From the human T2T-CHM13v2.0 reference genome, Homo sapiens, in NCBI RefSeq assembly GCF_009914755.1, contig NC_060931.1: DNA of 64,000 nucleotides, one strand, 5' to 3'. Below are positions 1 to 14,600 of the stretch, piece after piece. The translations under genes and the position numbers were made by a program. The stretch's first letter is position 1, and each line of letters begins with the position of its first letter. The notes under the pieces are model-generated. The model was not told where the DNA came from. It saw only the letters and a list, made by a program, of their open reading frames with translations, and did no database searches.

Positions 1-552
1 GGCGGGGCTAAAAGAGCCATAACACAAACAGGGCTGAAAACACACCCCTTGCCTGCCACGTTGTGGGTGACAAGAAGGAGAGAAGAGAGAAGGGGAGAAG
101 AGAGGAGAGAAGAGCTGAGGCCCTTTGGGGAACCCAGACCTAGGAGCTCCCCAAGCCAGGGCTGTGACACCCTCCTTAGGGTTCTGTGGTTCCTGGCATC
201 TTCAAGCTTCTAGGCACCACACTGCATTCCCCAGTGTCAGTCGTGGAAGCTGCTTTTGATACACCTGGCCCAGCCACAGCCTCACAGGAAGCTGGTGCCC
301 ATGCCAATCCCTGGAACTGCCTGTCCTGCCACAGCCGGCTGGACCCCACACTTGCTCACACACCCCTCAGTGCTCTGTGCCTGGCTCACTCTTGACAGGC
401 ATGGGATCCAAGCTGGTAGCAGGAGCTGAGCACAGCCTTCCAGGCTGAGTGGGCAGAACCAGCCCAGCAGGCCAGAGCAAAACTCAGGCAAAGGTGCCAC
501 TGGCCACAGAGGTTTCCAGCTGGTGAAGCAATACCCCAAAGATCCCGCAACA
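1..552 (+). mobile_element. ERV1 LTR 3' part (MER52-like)
   Basis: GC-rich LTR sequence ending ...aaagatcccgcaaca. Confidence 0.75.
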
Positions 553-569
553 CGATCTCCAAGCTTCAT

Positions 570-775
570 TTTTTTCACAAAGCACTTATCAACTTAGGTC
601 ATAATATATAGTTTACTCATTGTATGTATTATTTATTTAATCTTTCCCTACTACAATAAGAGCAGAGAATTTTGTCTATTTTCTTCATGGCTGTTCCCCT
701 CGAACTTAGCACGGAGTCTGGCACATAGTAGATGCTCAGCAAATGTTTGCTGAGTGGAAGAATGAGTAAATAAAA
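570..775 (+). mobile_element. L2 3' end
   Basis: ggcacatagtagatgctcagcaaatgtttgctgagtggaagaatga terminus. Confidence 0.7.
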
Positions 776-1651
776 ACTCTAATATTTTCTCATAAATACA
801 ATATTTTCATTTTGTCAGTGAATCCAAATGGCATGTAATTGGTCACCAGTTATAAATTTGAGGAAGGCAAGTTGATAATATTTTGTTTCGTATTTTACTT
901 TTTGTTCATTTGAAAATGTCAGTTTCTGTTTATTGGACATCATGGCTAAGAATATTTCTTTGCATGAGTACTAGTTAAGGTAACAGAATTTCCATGACAG
1001 AAGCATGCTTTGGCCGATTTAAGCAGAAAAATAATTTATCGAAAAGATATTGGATAGATATTATGGAGCTTGAGAATCAAGTTCAGAAAGTTCTCAAAAT
1101 CAAAGGGAGCCATGGTCAAAACCATGTCACAGAACTACTTTCCACAAACACTGTTTGTGGAAAAACAATCAACAATAGAAGCAGTGGCTCGTACTGCTGG
1201 TGTCACCAGCACCAGCCACTGGACACATCCGCTGTCACCACTACCACCATTTCCACTGCTATGGAAAGCAATATTTTTTCTCTACATCTCTACCATCACC
1301 AGAATTAACTTTCAACTGTCTCCGCTTCTTTGCATGAATAGCTCTTGATTAGAAGTTCAGAGTGGGTGCATCAAGGTCATGAATCCATGCCCTCCCTGCC
1401 AGAAGTCTGGAAAAGCAAATATCTTGTTTAATGGGGTGTAGTTTCTGATTGCCACCAAGACTCATTAGATAAGAAATTCCTTGAATTGTGGGGAGGAGTT
1501 TTAGATGCTACACAGCCAAAAAGTTATAACTGTGTCCCATATTTTATTAATGTTTAGAAAGATAAAAATAAAAGGAAACGTACTTATATCTGCATTAATG
1601 ATTCCTGTTAGAGTACCAGAAAAGGATAGTTATTAAATTAACAGATGTTTT

Positions 1652-1950
1652 CAGGTGAGGTGGCTCATGCCTGTAATCCCAGCACTTTGGGAGGCCATGA
1701 TTAGAGGGTTGCTTGAGTCCAGGAGTTTAAGACCAGTCTGAGAAACATAGTCAGACCACATCTCTATGAAAATTTTTTAAATTAGTCATGTATGGTGGTG
1801 TGTGCCTGTAGTCCCAGCTACTTGGGATGCTGAGGTGGGAGGATGCTTGAGCCTGGGAGGGTGAGGCTGCAGTGACTGTGATCGCACCACTGCACTCCAA
1901 CCTGGGCAACAGAGTGAGACCCTATCTCAAAAAAATAAAATAAAAAAAGG
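1652..1950 (+). mobile_element. AluJ
   Basis: Diverged Alu dimer with A tail. Confidence 0.92.
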
Positions 1951-2682
1951 TGTAGAACTGAGAACTGAAGTATAGCAATGGTTCTATCACTAACCAGCTA
2001 ATAACATACGGCAAATCACATAATATCTCTAAATCGATGTTCTTCTTAGACAATATGGGGTATTTATTCTTTCTGACTGCTTCCAGGGTTGTCATGAAAA
2101 ATAAATGAGATGACAAGTGTAAAGTACTAATCAAAGAAACTTGCACACAGTAGTCACAGAATAAACAATAAGACCCAACCTCCTTACTCCTTTTCTTTAT
2201 GTTGTTCTTAACATAGCTATATAAACATATAATATGAATTGAAAGAATTGGCTAATTCTCTAAGTTAGCAAGGGTTGGGCACATCTGCTCTCACTTGTCA
2301 TTTCCCAGTTGCAACAACTTTCAATTCTTTTAAGTGATCTTTTGTTACTTATCAGCTTTTCTCTAAGTCACTTGCTGGTATTGCTGCTACTTCTTGATTT
2401 TTCTCTTCTAGAAAATAGCTATTGAATTTTCACTAAGGAAATGAGCATTTAATTCTTTCTCTTTCCTGCCCTCACTTCTACCACACACATGCATACTTTC
2501 TTTTGCCCATTCTCCTGATGTGGTTGTATTGTAATTTTGGTTAAATCAATATTCACTGGTATATTGTTATGACAAAGTATGCTATTCAGAGCTAAGCCAT
2601 GTATTCAGCTTTATGTTTTCCTTGATTATACTTCCTTCAATTCCCCGGAGTTTATATTTGTTTGACTTTTTTGTTAGCTTTT

Positions 2683-2950
2683 TGTTAGGAACTGAATTGT
2701 GTCTCCCTCAAATTCATATGCTCAAGCCCTAATTCCCAGTCCCTCAGAATGTGGCTGTATGTGGAAACAGGGCATTTAAAGACGTGATTAAGCTAAAATG
2801 GGTCATTAGGGTGGGACCTAATGCAATATGACTAAAATCCTTATAACAAAAAGGAGACTAGGACAGAGAGAGCCAGAGACTAGACATATGCACATAGACA
2901 GAGATCACATGAAGACACCAGAACCAAATGGCCACCTACGAGCCAATAAT
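2683..2950 (+). mobile_element. MLT1 (MaLR) LTR 5' part
   Basis: tgttaggaactgaattgtgtctccctcaaattcatatg start. Confidence 0.7.
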
Positions 2951-3015
2951 AATAAACTTTTTGAAGCCATTCTTTATATTGATGACACTATTTGGGTTTA
3001 ACGGACATAGTCCCT

Positions 3016-3860
3016 GTGATGTTATGAAATATATGTTTAGTCCCAGTCCTCATTTCCTGGCATACAACTCCCCAAATCCTTGGAATCTTCAAAGTGATAA
3101 GCATCTTTTAGTATGCTAAAGAATTGAGTGATGGTTGGCAGCTCCCAGGCAGCTTCAGGATGGGGGCTGGCCATCAAAAACACTAAGGCAAAATTAGAAG
3201 GTTGGGACTTCTGCTTCCCGGAAGCCCTACTTCTGGGAGGGGAGAGGGCCTGAAGGTTAAATTGATCACCAATGGCCAATGATTTAATCAATTATGCCTA
3301 TGTAATAAAGCTTTCATACAAATCCTAAAAGACTGGGTTCAGAGAGTTTCCAGATAGCTGAACACATGGAAGTTCCTGGAGGGTGGTACCCGGGGGGAGG
3401 GCATGGAAGCTCTGCATCCCTTCCCCCATACCTTGCCCTATGCAGCTCTTCATCTGTATCCTTTGTAATATCCTTTATTAAAAAAAAAAAAAAGTAGATG
3501 AAAGTGTTTCACTGAGGTCTGTGAGCCACTCCAGCAAATTTCAAGTCCAAGGAGGGGGTAATGGGGACCCCAATTAACAGCCAGTTGGTCAGAAGCACAG
3601 GTAAAACAACCTGGGGCTTGCAATTGGCATCAGAAGTGGGGTGGGGGAGCAGTCTTGTGGGACTGAGCCCCGAACCTGTGAGATCTGATGCGATCTCCAG
3701 GGAGATGGTGCAGAAATTCAACTGGAGGACACACAGTTGGTGTCTGCTGCATAATTAATTGCTTGCATGGTATGTGGGGAAAAGCCCCACACATTTGGTC
3801 AAAAAAAGTCTTCTGTGTTGTGTGTGAGAGCAGAGGAGAAAATCTGTTTTTTCAACTCAG
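3016..3860. mobile_element. MER21-type LTR
   Basis: ttcctggcatacaactccccaaatccttggaatc and ttgatcaccaatggccaatgatttaatcaattatgcc motifs. Confidence 0.75.
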
Positions 3861-4554
3861 TCCCCAAAGCTGATTTCATAAGCTAATAATAATGAGTTGT
3901 TATGAAGCATAATTTGAGGAACATTCAAAAGTTTTCTCAGATCACACATATCTATTCAGGGATGTTAAAATCAACAATTACAGCATCATTGATTATAATC
4001 TTCTAATTTAAAAGAAATACCCTGAGATGGCTAATATATTAATCTTTAGGGAGAATATAATAGTTTACCTCTGGAACACGCAGAAATGGGACTCCAGAGC
4101 ACGTGAAAGGAAATGAAGTGTGCAGAAAAAGAGGACATTGGGATGGCCAAGGTTAAGAAGATGCCAGGAGGAGAAAACGGAATGCTGAAAGGAAGAGTGG
4201 AAGAAGTCAAGAACAAGTGCAGTTACTTGTGTGTGATGTTGCTTAGTGCCGGTGTTGGATCTTCTTTTTAGTTTGGATTGATTGGTAACCATATGAATCT
4301 ATCTAGCTTCTGCTGAAAAGTTCTTTAAAAAACATAAGAACACCACCTAAGAGGTGGGGAAAACATAGGACAGTTCCTGGAACTCAAAACTAGCTTGAGA
4401 GATGGCAGCTCGGTTAGAGCAACTGTCGAGAAGAACCCAGAAAACTTGAGAGGTCAAGTTAGATCAGGTAGGTAGAACAAGGCAGGCCAGGGCTCAAAAC
4501 AAGTCTGAGAATGAGCTGCGCTGGACAGTTCAGCTTCGTGTCCTGAACGTTAGT

Positions 4555-5240
4555 AAAGTGCAGTGGTTTCCAGCAGGTACTCGAGCCTGGGTCAAAGCCT
4601 ACCCAGTTCTACCATGTAGTAGCTGTATAATCGTGGGTAAATTACTTAACCTCTCTGTGCCTCAGTTTCATCATCTTAAAATAAGATAATAATATGCTCC
4701 TTCCTAATGAGTTTATAGTAAAGATTAGTAAGGCTACATTCTGTTTATTTTTACAATTTGAAAGTTTTCAGAGATTATTACATTTCTTCTTCTTTCCATT
4801 TCTGGTCAAAATTTTTGGATGCATTTTAGACACCTTTTGGGGCTATTGTTGAAATACTAGGAATAAATTGATGCATCGAATATTTTCCAGTGCTCAATCT
4901 AATAAACTAATATACTGCAAAATATTTTCAAATTAGTAACTTCTGGATGGTTTAGACAGAAGTCTCCCCAAATTAAAGAGCTCAGTTATGATGTAATATC
5001 TGCCAATCTTTGGTTTGGGAGTCAGATAGACTTGGGTTTGAATGTTCACTCTGCTACTACTTATGATCTCTGGATCTCGAGAAAGTTGTTTAACTTCTCT
5101 GAGCCTTGGTTTTCTCCTAGGTAAACTGGGGATATGGGGGTCAAATAAATAACATTGGGCTTTTGTTAGGATTATATTGTATAGTGTCTGTGAAAACATC
5201 TAGCTTAATGCCCAGCTCATAATAAGCACTTAATCAATAT
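4555..5240 (+). mobile_element. Two MIR fragments (~4555-4730 and ~5010-5240)
   Basis: MIR cores ttacttaacctctctgtgcctcagtttc and ttaacttctctgagccttggttttctc. Confidence 0.75.
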
Positions 5241-5263
5241 ATTTTCTTCTCTTGCATCTAAAT

Positions 5264-5478
5264 CAGCATTTCTCAACTGGGAGTGTTTTTGCCTCCCAGG
5301 GGGCATTTCACAATGTCTAGAGACATTTCTGATTGGGACGTGTATGCTACTAGCATCTACTGAGTAAGAAGCCAAGGATGCTAATGTACAACCCCCAGGG
5401 TAGCCCCTGCCCCATCAACTCCAACGAATAATTATTTGGTCCCATATATGTGGTTGTTGTAGAGATTAAGAAACCCTG
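5264..5478. mobile_element. MER20-like hAT DNA transposon
   Basis: cagcatttctcaac ... ttaagaaaccctg inverted termini. Confidence 0.7.
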
Positions 5479-5756
5479 AATTCTTCCTTAATTTTAAATT
5501 CATGGTGGTATACATTTGTACCTAGTAGTACCCTAGTGATTACCTGTATGTATTTTACATTAAATATAAAAGCTCCCAGCTCCATAAAATTAATAATAAT
5601 GGTTAAATAATAGTCATCTATTGAGCACTTGTTATGCTCCAAGCCTAAGCTAAGACATATGATTTGTGAAATGCCACACTTAATATAAATCCTACAGCAA
5701 TCCTGGGAATCAGTAATATAGATTTCTCTAAATGGATAATAATAATAACATTTTAC

Positions 5757-6071
<315 letters not shown>

Positions 6072-7181
6072 TTAATAATAGCTGAGTATCAGGACAATAG
6101 CATATCTTATAATGTTCCTGACCTTAACAACTTGCTATCTTGCAATGTCTATTGAATTCTACCTTGAAATACTACCTCAATTTCCTCCACTTCTTTCTTC
6201 TCCTGCAACCTTTACTCTACTTTGGGCCACCACAAATTCTTCTGATTTAGGGAAACGCCCTCCTTATTCATCTTCTGCCATTGTATTTAATATCCCCTGT
6301 AAATCGGCCATTTTCTTTCTAAAATCTAATTGGGCAATAACATTCTTCTAAACAAGATCTTTTAATAGCTCCCCAAGGTCCTCATGATTTGGCTTTGACT
6401 CCACTCCATCTCCCTTCACTCCCCCTTACCTTCACAAACACCGCAATCCTATAATCCCTATGATCATGGTCCAAGGATGTTAATGCTCGTGGGAAAACCA
6501 TGATTCTATAATCAAGGTCAAACTGTCAGGTTTGTTAGTGTTCTTCTTGTTTTAATGAGCAACGCAAGAGAAATTAAAGTCTCAGCTAATGAGTTCTATT
6601 AATGTGTGGTTGGCAGGTAACTGGAAGAAGAGAGAGGAAAAAGTTCTGATTTCCACTGGCATTGTTTTCCTACGCTGATGTCAAGTGTGGCTATTATTAA
6701 AGCAGGGAGTGGTGAGAGGAAGAACAGAAGGCAGCGAATTGCTGCCAGGAGGCCAGTGGGAAAAGTTCGAAAGTGATAAGGAGCCAACAGGGACACTCAC
6801 CTTCTGGCTTTGAATGGTTTCTCCTATCTTGGGGAAACACGGCTTCTCTCATGACATAACAAAACATTTGGTGAAATTACTAATGGTCTTCCAGGAGGAG
6901 TGCTGGCATAATTTGGTGGAGATGAGTCTGTGAACGATCAGATGAACAGCACATGATATGCCTTTTATAGCTTCATAATTTGTGAATGTTGCCAATATAA
7001 AAACAAAGTAAAGAAATTTCATCAAAGAAGTTAATTTTCAAACTTCGAATACAAATCTAAAAAGGCTTTTCTGAGATTTGAGAGGGGCATGAATAAAATG
7101 TCCAATAAATCCTCACTAAGTCAGATGGGTTGGGATCCTTTTTCTGAATCTGTTCATCAATGAGCAAAATATTTTTATTTA

Positions 7182-7496
<315 letters not shown>

Positions 7497-9070
7497 TTAA
7501 TAGTTCCTATGATAAGCTTTAGAAAACACACAAACAAAGAATTTACAGTCAGGAACATATATTCTTGTATACATAAAGTACTAAATACTTGATCAATAAC
7601 TCGTTCATGAGAATCTTTTCCCTGCTAGATCCTGTGTTAAATAGTAAAGGTATTATTCTTACATTTAACTTATTTGCAGTTATTAGAACATAACTGCTCC
7701 TCCTCTATGGCTCTACCATGTCTCAACTTCACAATGCAAATACATCTTTTAAATTTGATGGATGTTATAGAGTCAATACTAAAAAAAAAAAAATAGGCGT
7801 TCTCCTTACAGGGTACCAGAATGATTTCTGACATACAGTTTAACATTGAATACCCCATATTATGTATACAGTACCTAATGGTTCATTTGAGGAAATTCGA
7901 GAAAGTACTTTTTATTATTTCCATTCATATGGAATTTTGATTCTAACCTTAAAAGTAAGATGCGACTTCTTCACTATATTGTTAGGAGAGTAGGGAGGTA
8001 GAAAGGATAAGGTGCTGAAGAAACATGGTTCCTTTCCTTAAGGAACACCCAAAACTCTAGTGTTCAAGTGATTAACTGTACAAGTCAAAGTAAGCATTTG
8101 GGATGGTCAAGAAAATGGAGGTTCACGAGCATAGGAGTTGTCAGGAAAGGCTTTGTGAAAAAGGATGAACTCTGAATGATGAACAGGATTATACTGTGCC
8201 TTGCCCTCTAATTGCAGATGGTGACTGGTTGAGCTGTTAGCACTGCCCCTGATCTGGCAGAGCTGCCTCCTGTGTGTATTCAGATTACAGAGCCCATGGC
8301 TAAACTGAGATCTGTTTACTAGAAGGGCAGAGGACTAGAGAAGAGGAGATGGTTATACATGAGGCCATAAAGAAAGAGTCCAGGAAATCTGACTCAAAGT
8401 GCTGAAGCAGGTAGAAGTTTAGAGAAACAAAAAGTGGGTCAATAGGGCAAAAAGACAGTAAGTAGTAAGATACAAGGAGTTCAACCCTTGGTTTCAACAG
8501 ATTTCTGCAAGTGAAAACGTACTGCGGCAGGCCACTCATGCACGGTTTAGTATGCCTTGCTGGCCGACAGCTAATCCTTAAAAATAATTTCGAGTGTACC
8601 AAGAAGAAAAGACATACAGGCAAAGGGAAATCATGACTCCTACAGATGCAGAAATGGCCTCGGCATAATCTAAGGGGAGAGCCCTTGGCACATGATAATA
8701 TTAGGTGGTGGATATGTGGTGCTGGATCTAGTGAGAGTGTATGGAGCAGAAGTAGAAGAAATATTGTCAGGGCAAAAGGGCTAGGCCAGGTTACAGAGGT
8801 TTGGAAAGCCTAGCAAGCAAGTTTGGTTGAGATGTGGTAAGAGAGGTTTAAGTTAGATAAAAATATTCTTTTCATCACATTCTCCTCAAAGACAATCCAA
8901 ATGTAACTTACAGCCAGACCAAAAGGTCACAAATAAGAATAGCAGAGGTCAAACTTTTATTATCTTATTATAATTAAATATATATTATTTATGTATATCA
9001 GGTTATTTATATTGATGTAATATATACAGTTATTATAGAAAGTATATTGTTCTCTAACTCTCATTTTTAG

Positions 9071-9160
<90 letters not shown>

Positions 9161-10037
9161 TAAATTCTCTGTTGATTTAATAAATTTTCAATTAAGTAAT
9201 AACTTTCAACTATGGTAATTGCTAATGACAGACAAAAATCTGTTTTAACATTTCTGTTGAAAATATATTAAGAAATGTATTTTTTAAATGTTTTAATGTA
9301 CATTTGATATTAAGAAATGTGCTATTAGATTACTTTTCTAATTTAATATTGCCATATATCTTATTCAAAATGTAAAATAATTTTAACAGGTATTTTAGAC
9401 ATAAACTAGGCATGTGGAAGCAAATTTTAACAATAGTTGGGAGCATTGATAAATACAAAAACTTTATAAATAGTCTTAAAATTTTTTATTGGCTATATGT
9501 TCTACCAGCCAAATTCCTGCTTTGAGCCTGAATTAATTTTATATGCAAAACACTCTCAAAACTGATCATTTCAAGCCAGTTATAAAAGCATGTGGCATAC
9601 CATGATCATGAAATACAAAGAAGCACAGTACAAAACACTTTTCTTTAATATCATATATCATAGAATCAAAATGTCTTAAATTTTAAGGCCCATCATGATG
9701 TCATGCACCGCTAAGAAAGAACATCTTGCCAACGAGGCTACGACATGGCTATCAAAAGGCACATCCCACTTTCATTTATGTTAAAAATGTGGGAAAATAT
9801 ACAATTTACAATCTATGAAAATGATTTGAATATTTGGCTTCCAGTTATGTACAGAAAATACTTAGCTATGCAATTTGGAGGAGATGAGTAATTTTTCCCT
9901 TGACTAGCATTATAAATCTAAGTAGCATTGACAAGGAAAAAAAACCCCAAAACTAAAACCAAACAAAAAGAAGAAAATAACCTCTCCAAAATCAATCAAA
10001 CAAACAAAATCATTGCTACATTTTAAAAAGTAAAACA

Positions 10038-10342
<305 letters not shown>

Positions 10343-10556
10343 GGAAAACAATGACAGTGGAAAGAAATTTACTCTTTATTCCCACATCACAATTAATTAT
10401 ATGAATTATGCCTTATTGTATTCTTAATAATAATTTATAATATATTATTAATAGTTATTCCTTCTTTAACCAGCTATCATATGTTTTCCTTTTTAGTTAG
10501 CATGTTAATTAGCATTAAAAATGTTTATTTTTATTTGCAATAAAAAAATAAACTGA

Positions 10557-10742
<186 letters not shown>

Positions 10743-10755
10743 TAAAATAGTATTA

Positions 10756-11118
<363 letters not shown>

Positions 11119-11304
11119 TTAGATATTCCTGAAAATAAGGCTAGATCTTATTGTCTTTTAAGATACGCTTTTGAAAAAACAACAGATAGAAAAATTTTTG
11201 TTTGTGAAATGCTATCTATCACATGGCTAATGAAAATGACAAAAGTAGCAAGAGGATTTACATGTTTAAATTTGTTTTTGGTTTTATCTCAAAAGTAAGT
11301 TTTA

Positions 11305-11605
11305 ACACATATGATTCCATTTATGTAAGTGTCCAAGTAGGCACATCTATAGGGACAGCAACACCGAGAGGTAACTGTTTTTAAATAGATGAGTGTTGCC
11401 AACGGCCAAGGAACTGGGAGTTGTGACAGCTAGAGAGTAAAGGGTGTGGGGTTATTTTGGGGGTGATAAAACATACTAAAATTGACTGTGGTGATAAGTT
11501 GCATAACTTTGTGAATAAACCACAAACACACAAATCATATGTTTAAGCTGGGTGAACAGTGTGATACATAAAGTATATTAATAAAGCTGATACCAAAAAA
11601 AAAAA
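11305..11605 (+). mobile_element. Old L1M 3' end
   Basis: atatgattccatttatg...aaattgactgtggtgat...aataaagctg followed by an A tail. Confidence 0.7.
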
Positions 11606-14600
11606 ACTAAAAGACTTTTTAAGCTTTCAACTGGAGGCCCAGCAAACTTTATTCATATATATTGAATCACACCCAGTAAGGAACTAACCTATTGGAAAGA
11701 AGTGTGAGATGAGTCAAAAATAAATAAATAATACACCACTCCTACTCTCAATAAACTTATGGTCTTGAAGGGTAAATAAACATGTATACAACCACAATAC
11801 AAGATAAAGGATTCTGGGTGTACTGAGGTAAAAGACCTACAGATCAACGAGTAGGTTTTCAGACTTTAGAGTTTAGAGACCTCTTTATAATAATGTAACG
11901 CAATAGATATATTTTTTAATTCCTTTTCTATTCATTTCTCAGAATTGCCTGAGACAGTGTTTTGAACAGTTGTAAGCTAGTATTGATGGTGAAAGTTCTA
12001 ATCAGATAAATGTACAGAGAGTTACTAAGGTTTCCATATATTGTTAGTGTTATCAGTTATATCTACTGTACTGAGGGAAAATGATTCATTTGTTATAGTT
12101 AGATTCTTTAAACCCAAGTATTAAAATCACAAAATTACACCAAGTTCATGGCAATTTTATGCTTATTTTGGAGACGTGAGAAGGCTGCCTGCTGTCAGGA
12201 GTTTTTTTCACAGCTTTTGGATCTTCTGTGAAAGAATTGGCCTGCATATTTGAGTCACCTGGCCCCTGTCTGCTGGAAAAATGCTGCTATAATTAAAAGA
12301 CTAGTTATGCTAGACCTAGAACACTTACCTTTGTTTTTCTATAAAATGGGCTGATAGCTACCTCTCAGGGTTGCTTCAAACATTAAGATAACTCTGTTTT
12401 TTTTTTTTAAGAAAACGTTTCTCACCATTAATGTTATTTTGAAGCAACAACAAAAATTGAAATTCTAAAAAAAGAAAAAAATTGTTTTATTGTGGATTAT
12501 GTAAATCAGATAATGAAATAAATTGCATCCAGTCTCGAAATTCTGCTAATAGACTCAATAAAACGATATTTTAAATAATAATCATATAGTAATATGTTTG
12601 AATGTCTTTCCTGTTAAAAAAATGATTTATTATAGTCGCATTTAAATCTTTACAGCATCCTATGATGTGATTAGAATTACTCCCTTTAATCATGGAAATG
12701 AAAAGCTCAGAGATTTAACCAAACTCCTAAGGAGTGTTGAAACATAAACTCATGCCTTGTTTTACTTATCATTTATTTATTCATTCATTCAATAAATATT
12801 TATAATCTATTCATTCATTCATTTAATAAATGTTTATCACACATTCACTACATGACACTATTCTAGATAATAGGACTCAAATTTGAACAAGAAAGACCCA
12901 GTCTATACCTATATAGGGCTTACAAATTAGTAACACTCAGCCTAAATATTTCTTAGAGTCGAAGGGGTCTAATGCAAAATGATTTAATTTGCTACTTTAA
13001 AAACTCTATAATTTAAGGAAACTTGTTATAAAACAACATTTGGAGAGTGGTAAACAAGCTTACTCCCACAGTAATAAACAGAGTTATGCCCATAGTAATA
13101 AATAAGGTTATACCCTAAACAAAGGTGCCCAGCCCAGGACTGAATGGATCCTGAAATCCAGCCCATGCCCTGCTTGTCAAGGGTGTATGTGAGTGTAGAA
13201 TTGTGCCAGGCATGAGGAGTGGGAATTTTCTAGTTTTTAAATACCAGCCTGGTAGTACAATGTCCATATCATTACCAGTCACAATAGTTTACGACCACTA
13301 CTTAAAATCACAGTGACGTATTTCAAGTTACATAACTATAACTTTCCAGTTGAGAATCTTGTTGTGGGGTCATTTGTTTGAAATGGAGAAAATGCTATGT
13401 CCAATTACAAAAAACAAAAAGCATTTTCTAAAAATTCACATTTTGAACTCATGTTCCATTTTGGTTAAAGATATTGTATGAAAAATAGTTTGTATTTATT
13501 AGACAACTAACGTTATTTGTGCAGTCATGTCCTCAGATTAAGTTTCTATGAGCCTCATTTGCAATCACAGATTAGCTTTAGCTGATAAACTAAAATGAGA
13601 ACTCTATGTATTTTCAAATGTAGTCATTTTTGTCTTTTTAAGTTGTAAATCCATATAAAATTATAAAGTGTTATTATTCCACTTAAATTACAAGTTCTTC
13701 AGAGGGTGAGAAAATAGCCTGAAGGGCAAAACGCTAATCCATTCTCAGCATCGCACCTTCCATTGGCATTTATGAGGAGAATTGCCAAGGACTGCCTAGG
13801 AGACGCATGGCTGAGAGCTTCAGGGAGGCCTAAACCAGCTGCAGAGTGTGAGGTCCTGGGAACTGGAATTCCTGTCTTCAGGCAGAGTCAGGGGGCCCCA
13901 CCTCTTCTCTCTAGGCAGTCTACCTTTCCACACCCTCTCTTTCTAGCTCAGTTTTCCTCTTCCCTTCCCTCCTCCAAACTCTTTCTAAATCAGAATCCAC
14001 ATGTGTCAAAGACCCACTTTGTGGCTGATGGCTTTTATTAACTCCTGCCCCCTTTCCAGTACTAAGGGAAAAAAACCACCGCCACCAAAAGCCGCAGCAA
14101 CAAAATGCTTAATCCACTCTCCTGTTCTAAACCTTCAGTTTTCTCGTTTCTTTCTAATTTTCTGTTTTATTAAACTCCACTGTTGGAAAGTATGCTTAAG
14201 ACTCCTGCATGCCATAATTGTTAAGACCTGCTTCCTACCGGAGCTTCCAGGAATCAGCCTTGGGAACAGGGAGTTCCTCCTTTCGAGAGAGGGTCTCCAT
14301 GTTTCCACAGGTATTGCCTTTAAACACTGCCTGCCGTTGTCTTCAGCAGTGGCCCCAATCCACTGCCCATGGCAAAAAGCCAGGGGAGCAGAGGGATTCT
14401 GGGATACGGGGAGGGACTAGGATCTCCAGGGTCCCTTCCTTTGAGCCTCTTTTCCTATAATGCCCTTCCAGGTGGGACCACCCCTCCCAAAAGACAAAAC
14501 AATTCACCAAAGGAAAAGAACCAACAGTGTTTTTCACCACTGTTTGTCCTGAAAAAGAGGATATTCTGATCCCTCCTCTCTCGATCCTCTGCTTTATCGT

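Noticed and set aside
994-1348. Overlapping 104-aa and 92-aa ORFs as a small gene or LRRC72 exon
   Set aside because: No recognisable domain, not needed in the LRRC72 frame, and probably decayed LTR-derived sequence.
12775-12840. Duplicated TTCA-rich motif
   Set aside because: Typical L2 3'-terminal (TGAA)n repeat on the - strand.
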